Shown one piece after another: positions 57,367 to 64,000 of a DNA stretch of 64,000 nucleotides. The stretch is from Schizochytrium sp. TIO01 (lineage: Eukaryota; Protista; Bigyra: Labyrinthulomycetes), in assembly GCA_004764695.1 (NCBI GenBank), contig SMSO01000025.1, positions 496,001 through 560,000 of the forward strand, in the 5' to 3' direction. Every line of letters begins with the position of its first letter. Position 1 is the first letter of the stretch. The notes beneath the pieces were generated by a model. It did not search any database, was not told where the DNA came from, and worked only from the letters and a program-made list of their open reading frames with translations. Made by a program: the position numbers and the translations under genes.

Positions 57367-60300
57367 ATGCGGAAATCCACGCGCGGTGCCAAGCCATCGA
57401 GCAAGCTCCTTGAGAGCAAGGGCGTTGAGATTGATGGGTTCACGCCCACGCAAGTACCGGATTCAAAGAAGTTGCGTGCCAAAGAGGACCTGGAACACAC
57501 CGAAGCCAGCCCCACCGCAGCATCCAATAAACCTGAAACCTCAGCACCCCTAGCGAGCCCAAATTCTGCCACGGAACCTAAGAGATCTCCAGTGGCGGCG
57601 GCAAACTCAGGAGCGAACTCCAAGAGCAAATCTTCGTCGAAATCAAAATCTAATTTGCCGACTAAAGCAAGCGCCAAATTATCGATATCATCCTCTAGCT
57701 CTTCTTTAATCGCTGCAGCCAAATCGTCTAGCTCCTCATCGTCTTTGTCATCAAAATCTGCGTCTGATTCAACCTCATCAAAAGACATGAAGCCTAACGC
57801 TTCCGCGAAAATTTCTCAGGCCGAAAATAACAGTGGCAATGGAAATGGCGTTTCTGGATCCAAGCCTAGCGCCACGGTCAGTGCTAGTAGTGGTGGGAAT
57901 GTAACCTCAGGCAAAGCATCGAAACGACCGCAAAAAACCATCCTCGAGGATCCGTTGGCGAAGCGATGCCGCACCTTAGAAATCCAGCGGAATTACTTTA
58001 AGCGTATGCTGGATCGCATGCGAAAACTAGATCGCTACGGTTTTATTTTGGGTAAACAACTCGGTGGATCTGAAGCACCGCGCGGATTGACTACGTTATC
58101 ACAAATCATGGAGAAGGCAGATCAGGGAGCCTACTTTATGCCACACAAAATGCGCGAGGAGGATTGGGCCAACTCGCGTAAAATCGTAGAAATGCTTCAG
58201 TCAAGAAACGCTTATGAGGATGTGAAGCTGCTGAACAAGACTGATTTTATTGACATTGATTGGGATCGTATCCAAAAAGATCTGCGGAAAATTTGGAAAT
58301 GGATTTACGTAAATCAACCCAAAAATGAGGATCCGCGTTCGTTCTGGAGCTGTGGAAAGCGCCTCGAAGAGTTTGTTGCAGAGAACTTTGCAAGTGCACG
58401 GGCCAAAAATAAAGAGGAACTTCATAAGGTGTACGACGAAGAAAAGCTGGAGCGACTTACATTTGAAAATCGAGAGCCGGCAATGTCAAGCTGGCGTAAA
58501 AAAGCGCAGGAAAGGCGCCAATATACTACAATCGATTATTATAAGGTAGTTGACGGTATTACAGAAGAGGAGCGTCAGGAGCTTGAGGCCTTACTTGATG
58601 CTGGCGATTCTGAGAACCGGTGGCTTCTTCCTGAAGATGGCGATGCTGAATCTGCAATGACAGCTCGTGGGGCCGTGAAAAAGAAGCGCCGCCGGGCCAA
58701 TGGCGCCGCTTCCACTTCTCAAAATGTACTTACAGGTAACCTGCCTTTTGTTAGTTGGCGTCTTAAAGAAAAGGACAAAGACCTCAGCGAAGTTGATAGC
58801 TGGGGCATTGACCCTTTCACGCGCCGCAACATTTCAATTGCCCTAGAATCAGTGGAGGATCCAAAGCTTCGGATGACACAGCCGCAAATTAATTGGTTTA
58901 TCGAGGGTCTACTTTTACGAGAATGTAACCGCCAGGGCCCTGATGTGGGATGGGATCTCACATATGCACTCAAATCTCTCCGAGCACGCGCTAGCCCTGA
59001 AACAAAACTCGAGGATGACCCGAGCTCCTCTGATGCTAAAACTATTGCCACGACCAAAGAAAACAAGCAAACTCCTATAGCTTCGGGAAATTCTGGTACT
59101 GATGCATTGCCAAAAACCTCAAGTATTGCTGAAATCAAAGGCGAACCCGAAATGACTGACCAAAGCAATTTCGAAGGCTCGCAGAGCAGTCAGACAGATA
59201 TTAAAAAGAAGGAGTGTGCTTCTGCTTCTGCTGCTGATGATGATGATGAAATGGCAGAAGTGGATGAAAAGCCTTCCCGAAAGCCAACAACCCCAAATCC
59301 AAACGGAAACCAGTGCAACGACCCAAAACTGCCATTTGAACCTGGAAATGAAGAAACTGAAACGGAAGAAAGCACAAAAGGAAAGCCAAACACCAAAAAT
59401 GGAATTGAAAAGGAGCCCGAAACTGGTGAGAATGTGGATAACAATGAGGGGACAAAAGCATGTTCAAAGTCTAATTCGAAGACGGGTGATGACGTTGATA
59501 GTTCCAAACCTCAAGAAGATAATGCAAAGAATCTGAAAGAAAAGTCTCATGAAAGCATTGAAGAGGATGACGAAAATGACAAGAAGATCGAAGAAGAAGC
59601 AGAAGCAGAAGAAGCACCCCCTGCACATCGAAATGGCAAAGTCAAACAGCTGCCGAGAAGAAGGACAGTACCTGACCGTGCTGCAAAAAAAGTTGCGACT
59701 CAGAAATCCTCGTCTTCGAAAAGCGCGGATAGTTCAAGCGCTGGTGATGCTGACTCCCTAGCCGACGTTGTTGAGAAAATCAACCGTGTTGGACGTAAGC
59801 GAAAGCGTTTAAATCTCGTAGAGCACGAAAATATCATATGGGAGTCAAGAAGAAACCGACGCAAGCCAGAGTTCTTTGAAGCTGTTCCTAAAGTTCCTGT
59901 TGCCGAGACTGCATTGAAGAAACAGAAAACAACATCTACTAAAGCCAAAGTGAGAGCATCCACTTCCTCCTCAACGAAAGCGTCAGCAAGCTCTGCCAGG
60001 ACGCGTTCCGCCAAGACTACAGCTACGAAGAAAAAAGGAAGGCAGACTCGTTCAGAAGTGGATGAATCTGAAGACCTTGAGGCTGAAGAAGATGATGACA
60101 GCAGTAAAACTGTTTCAAAGAGGTCCAGATCTAGAGCTTCGTCTCAACGAACAAAGGCAGCCAGAAGCCGCACTGCAGCTGCGGCTGCTGCGGCTGCCTC
60201 AAAAAAAGCAAAGCCGACTCGAGCTGCCAACACTACGAGAGGAACTCGCAAGCGTAAAGCGTCTCAATCCTCCAAATCTACTAAAGGTGATGCAGATCAA

Positions 60301-63300
60301 GATGAAATCGAGCAAGAGGAAGTTGCGGAACACGTAGTAGAAGGTCGAAAGCTTGTGGGCAAACGATTAAGCGTCTTTCGCCCAATAGAGTGTTCATGGT
60401 TTTCTGGTAGAATCACTGCTTACGAAGAATCGCCTAAAAAGGCGGGGAAACATCATTGTGTGCTCTTTGATAATGGTGAGGAAATATGGGTTGATTTGCT
60501 CAAGGAGCGCTGCATTGTTGAAAATGTTGCCAATACCACATATGATCGTGATGTGTCGAATGAAATGATTGTTGCTGCCGTCGACGTAATTCTACGCTCC
60601 ATTCAAAACTGGGGAGAGCACAACTTTTGCGTGCATCCGAAGGGTGTTGGTGTGATTTGTGTAAATGATGATGGCATTCAAAAGGGAGATATTCTTGGTT
60701 CCTATCACGGAGAACTCTACCCTCTTTGGCTATGGGAGCAAAAGGAGGCCCGCGAAGATGCATTACGCAAACAAACCCGGGGTGGGAAAGCATCACTCCC
60801 GGATTTCTGGAATATGCGTTTTGAGATCCCTAGTTCAGAACCCAATGGGTTCACAATTCTTTACGTTGACTCCAAACACTACGGTACTAGTATGAGTCGT
60901 CTCAGTCATAGCTGCCGTCCCAATGCCTGTGTCATGATGGCTGTAGTGGATGGAAAATACAACATTGCAATGCGAGCTCTTCGGGACATTGAGCCTGGAG
61001 AAGAGGTCACGATTGATTATAACTGCGTTACAGATAGTATGGATGAATTCAGAGCGGCCATTTGTTTGTGTGGTTCGGAGGGTTGCCGCGGTTCGTTCTT
61101 GTACATCACAGGTGCGCAGCAATTTATGCAAGTTGTAGAGCGACGCCATCGCCCAATCCATCGCGCTGCAATGTTGTTTGAAGCATCTCTGGCAACAAAA
61201 GAACCTGAAAAGCCTGAAAAGCCTGCAAAAAAAACACCCGCCACAACATCGAAGCGCACAAGATTGACTCGGCGCAAGCGAGCGCCTCCCAGGATTATGA
61301 CGGGAAAAGGGAAAAATGACACTCACCCTAGTGGCCTCAGCCAAGATTGCGTCAATCGGATGCAACGGTATGGTGTAAAGCTTGAACTAATTGACACTTT
61401 GCCACTGTGGGCACTCCAATTTGTAGCACTTGCTTTACGTTTTGTGGAGCAAGAGCAGGTTGAACTACCTTCACGACTTTTCCATGAGGAGATTGCGCGT
61501 CGCGAGAAGGTTGCCCTCTCTGGAGTTAATGGAGTACAAGCTGGCCATGGCACTGTGGTGAGTTCTGGCTCAACCGCTGCATCATCCACTACACCAAACC
61601 CGGCGTCCTCCACGTCTAGTGGGACTTTAAACAAAACGAATTCAAGATCCTCCAAGGGCGCTGTGTCGAAAGCATCGTCAAAAAACTCTACCACCAAACC
61701 TGCAGTATCAAAAGCAGAAAAGGCCTCCAAAGCATCATCCGCAAAATCCACAAAAACATCGACAGCAAAGAACACCACTACTAAAACCTCAAAGACAAAA
61801 GCTACAACTACTGCTAGCAAGGTCTCTACGTCCCGCAAAACAAGCTCAAAAGGATCAAAGCGTAAAGCAGGGAGCTCCGCCAGTAGTGTTGCAAGCAACT
61901 CTCAGAGTATCAACACATCGATTCATCAGCAGCAAAAGCTTGACTTAGACCCTGACTCAGCTCGTGAATTATGGGAATCGTGTCGGCGCGAAGCCAAGGG
62001 AATCGCGCGTCAACGCGTGTGTAATTTGATCATTGCTCTGAGTAAACTGCGCCACCGTATGGATACGCGCATACGTCTTGGTTACGAAGGAGCCCTTGAA
62101 AATAGCAAGCCAACGTTCACTCGTCTTGAGGAAGCTGGGATAGCTGAAGGAACGCGCAGCTCCGGGAAGTTACTACCTACTAGAACCGAAGGTTGGAGTG
62201 TGATGTCTCCGTCACGGGGTCAAGAGAGAATCTCACAGCACAATCAAAAAGTTCGTGACCTAGTCAACGAAACCACTGCTAAACTGGTGGAACGAGTCTG
62301 GTGGGTTGGTGATCGTTGCGAGGCAAGATGGTGTGGTGACGACGCTGCCGACTACCCAGGATGGTACTCTGGGACCATACTGTACGTCCACTCAAATCCT
62401 CTTTGTGAACCCTCCAATGATTCTGTGTCTGAGAAAGAGAAAGTAATCACGAGACTCGACGGTGAGGGAGACAATAAGGAGATTGCTGATGAAACAAGAG
62501 AGCAACCACATGCGGAAATAGACCCGTCTTCTGTGAAGGTTTCCCCAAAGATTTCCGAGCAACTAGGAGAAAGGAAGGAGGCCTCCACGGAGATGGATGA
62601 ATCCTCCTCGTCCACATCGTTAGAGCCGTCTACTGCCACTGTCAGCAATATCGAAAGTAAGGAACTATCTCCTCTAAAGACTGGCGTAGATGAAAACTCA
62701 ACATCCCCTGCTAATGGAGTCAAAGAGCCCAAAAGTGAACCTGAACTGCTGAAAAGCTCAGAGACGATACTTGAAAATGCTGAACTTAAGACAAAGAATA
62801 CTGAAGATGTCGAAATGGCAGATGCTTCTACTTCTACTCCTGAGCCCGCAAGTAAAAAGTACCGGGATGCAATTCTTGCTGGCCCTAGCGTGCATATCCT
62901 CTATGATGATGGAGACGTGATCAATCGAATTCCAATGGGCTCTGATGTTCTTCGTCGTCCCAAATACTCTGAGGAATCCGACTATCCAGAGCCTTTGACA
63001 GCTCTCACCACCAAAACCCACCAGAGTCCTTTTCGTCCCCTCTCAGACAAAGATGTAATGAACGCTCTGTGGAATGATCCTGTGAATAGTATCTTGCAAC
63101 GGGTGATCCGCCTCTTACAACAGCAATGTGTATATGAGATAAATGTTTGGCAGTCTGCAAGCGATCCACGCATCAAGTCACGCTACTGGTGGAATATGAA
63201 AACCCGTGTTATTCACAAATCAAAGCCCTCTGCTCAAGATCGTGCAGAAAAGTGGACTTATGTTCCCAAAGCGATGCAAGAAATCCAAGAGCTGACTCAT

Positions 63301-64000
63301 TACAGTGTGGGGTCTGTAACCGAAGCACGTGACGGTATTGTTCGACTTCGTGACCTTGTCCTTACGTTGCCTGGTTTTGCTCAGTCAAATGATGGCCATG
63401 TTTGGAAGGATGGCAAGATCGAAGATGCACACCAAAAACTTGCTGATCTTCTTACCTTCTATAGTCATACTGAGAACTGGTTTCATGTCACAGAAGCACC
63501 TCCAGTAAACTTTCATGGACCTCAACCTCCCGCCCCAGGGACATTGCATTCCTTTCATCATGAAAGCAGTGTGGTAGCCCCTCTTCTAGGCTGGCTCGAT
63601 CAAAAGGAAGAGCATATGCTAGTAGAAGAGATGCTTGGTACTACAGTGCTCCCAGAAGTTGAAAGTGCGTATCAGCCTACTGAAGCTGCTAAATATGCAT
63701 CTCACGTCCGTGCCAAGATAATGAAGCAGCTAGGAGATGAGAAGAAAAGGTATCAGGATTGGGATAAGGACGCTAGGTCTATGTTTACACCTGCGCCTAT
63801 GGCACTTCGTGCTGATGAAAAGCAAAAGGATGCATGGCCACCACCGCTTCCACCACCTCGGCTGTTCGGATCACCTGTCCTTGATGCTGCTCTTTACGAT
63901 AACCGTAATTTTACTGGATCTGACTCAGGCTTTGAAAGCCGTTTTGAGGACGTCTACGCTAAGAAGCAAGTTGTTGAAGAACAAAATAAACCTGCAAGTG
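57367..64000 (+). CDS. ATXR3: ATXR3/SDG2-like histone-lysine N-methyltransferase (probable H3K4), >2200 aa, truncated by the window end
   Basis: The frame appears open from ATG 57367 (MRKSTRGAKPSS) to the window end (spot-checked), which explains its absence from the ORF track. SET/post-SET at about 60630-61110: HPKGVGVICVN..GELYPLWLWEQKE..PDFWNMRFE..SRLSHSCRPN..EEVTIDYNCVTDSMDEFRAAICLCGSEGCRGSFL. C-terminal HQKLADLLTFYSHT resembles the ATXR3 C-terminal motif. Confidence 0.9.
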   Translation, partial: MRKSTRGAKPSSKLLESKGVEIDGFTPTQVPDSKKLRAKEDLEHTEASPTAASNKPETSAPLASPNSATEPKRSPVAAANSGANSKSKSSSKSKSNLPTKASAKLSISSSSSSLIAAAKSSSSSSSLSSKSASDSTSSKDMKPNASAKISQAENNSGNGNGVSGSKPSATVSASSGGNVTSGKASKRPQKTILEDPLAKRCRTLEIQRNYFKRMLDRMRKLDRYGFILGKQLGGSEAPRGLTTLSQIMEKADQGAYFMPHKMREEDWANSRKIVEMLQSRNAYEDVKLLNKTDFIDIDWDRIQKDLRKIWKWIYVNQPKNEDPRSFWSCGKRLEEFVAENFASARAKNKEELHKVYDEEKLERLTFENREPAMSSWRKKAQERRQYTTIDYYKVVDGITEEERQELEALLDAGDSENRWLLPEDGDAESAMTARGAVKKKRRRANGAASTSQNVLTGNLPFVSWRLKEKDKDLSEVDSWGIDPFTRRNISIALESVEDPKLRMTQPQINWFIEGLLLRECNRQGPDVGWDLTYALKSLRARASPETKLEDDPSSSDAKTIATTKENKQTPIASGNSGTDALPKTSSIAEIKGEPEMTDQSNFEGSQSSQTDIKKKECASASAADDDDEMAEVDEKPSRKPTTPNPNGNQCNDPKLPFEPGNEETETEESTKGKPNTKNGIEKEPETGENVDNNEGTKACSKSNSKTGDDVDSSKPQEDNAKNLKEKSHESIEEDDENDKKIEEEAEAEEAPPAHRNGKVKQLPRRRTVPDRAAKKVATQKSSSSKSADSSSAGDADSLADVVEKINRVGRKRKRLNLVEHENIIWESRRNRRKPEFFEAVPKVPVAETALKKQKTTSTKAKVRASTSSSTKASASSARTRSAKTTATKKKGRQTRSEVDESEDLEAEEDDDSSKTVSKRSRSRASSQRTKAARSRTAAAAAAAASKKAKPTRAANTTRGTRKRKASQSSKSTKGDADQDEIEQEEVAEHVVEGRKLVGKRLSVFRPIECSWFSGRITAYEESPKKAGKHHCVLFDNGEEIWVDLLKERCIVENVANTTYDRDVSNEMIVAAVDVILRSIQNWGEHNFCVHPKGVGVICVNDDGIQKGDILGSYHGELYPLWLWEQKEAREDALRKQTRGGKASLPDFWNMRFEIPSSEPNGFTILYVDSKHYGTSMSRLSHSCRPNACVMMAVVDGKYNIAMRALRDIEPGEEVTIDYNCVTDSMDEFRAAICLCGSEGCRGSFLYITGAQQFMQVVERRHRPIHRAAMLFEASLATKEPEKPEKPAKKTPATTSKRTRLTRRKRAPPRIMTGKGKNDTHPSGLSQDCVNRMQRYGVKLELIDTLPLWALQFVALALRFVEQEQVELPSRLFHEEIARREKVALSGVNGVQAGHGTVVSSGSTAASSTTPNPASSTSSGTLNKTNSRSSKGAVSKASSKNSTTKPAVSKAEKASKASSAKSTKTSTAKNTTTKTSKTKATTTASKVSTSRKTSSKGSKRKAGSSASSVASNSQSINTSIHQQQKLDLDPDSARELWESCRREAKGIARQRVCNLIIALSKLRHRMDTRIRLGYEGALENSKPTFTRLEEAGIAEGTRSSGKLLPTRTEGWSVMSPSRGQERISQHNQKVRDLVNETTAKLVERVWWVGDRCEARWCGDDAADYPGWYSGTILYVHSNPLCEPSNDSVSEKEKVITRLDGEGDNKEIADETREQPHAEIDPSSVKVSPKISEQLGERKEASTEMDESSSSTSLEPSTATVSNIESKELSPLKTGVDENSTSPANGVKEPKSEPELLKSSETILENAELKTKNTEDVEMADASTSTPEPASKKYRDAILAGPSVHILYDDGDVINRIPMGSDVLRRPKYSEESDYPEPLTALTTKTHQSPFRPLSDKDVMNALWNDPVNSILQRVIRLLQQQCVYEINVWQSASDPRIKSRYWWNMKTRVIHKSKPSAQDRAEKWTYVPKAMQEIQELTHYSVGSVTEARDGIVRLRDLVLTLPGFAQSNDGHVWKDGKIEDAHQKLADLLTFYSHTENWFHVTEAPPVNFHGPQPPAPGTLHSFHHESSVVAPLLGWLDQKEEHMLVEEMLGTTVLPEVESAYQPTEAAKYASHVRAKIMKQLGDEKKRYQDWDKDARSMFTPAPMALRADEKQKDAWPPPLPPPRLFGSPVLDAALYDNRNFTGSDSGFESRFEDVYAKKQVVEEQNKPAS

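Noticed and set aside
57282-63332. Many short ORFs listed across 57-63 kb
   Set aside because: All are alternative-frame or antisense shadows of the single open ATXR3-like frame starting at 57367.
1-64000. CRISPR arrays, operons, tRNA/rRNA/snRNA genes, intact transposons, viral genes, alternative genetic code
   Set aside because: None recognised by eye. Repeats are simple microsatellites without spacers, and genes translate with the standard code. tRNAscan-SE, Infernal and RepeatModeler would be needed to exclude them fully.

Overview
This is gene-dense, intron-poor eukaryotic nuclear DNA. It has GT-AG introns, microsatellite-rich intergenic regions, and a plant/protist-type gene set (H+-PPase, 3R-MYB, ATXR3/SDG2-like SET protein, single-bromodomain GTE). 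It most resembles a thraustochytrid/labyrinthulomycete stramenopile, which is an inference. I support 16 protein-coding genes: a tandem two-domain heme oxygenase, SCOT/OXCT, an alpha/beta hydrolase, METTL18/HPM1, a K+-dependent V-PPase, HSBP1 (3 exons), a retinoblastoma-related protein, WDR91, 3R-MYB, RPS6, a sulfotransferase, a GTE/BET bromodomain-ET protein, a peroxisomal enoyl-CoA isomerase, a >2200-aa ATXR3-like SET protein running off the window end (absent from the ORF track), and two orphans. Three genes are split by single-base frameshifts in homopolymer runs, most likely assembly errors. Four observations stand out: (1) a membrane-anchored double heme oxygenase carrying six Cys-Pro heme-regulatory-type motifs; (2) a neighbourhood of cell-cycle/chromatin regulators (RBR, 3R-MYB, BET, ATXR3) with E2F-type sites upstream; (3) an ATXR3-like enzyme with extra reader modules; (4) a structured RPS6 intron that may hold an ncRNA. 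I recognised no tRNA, rRNA, CRISPR array or intact mobile element.
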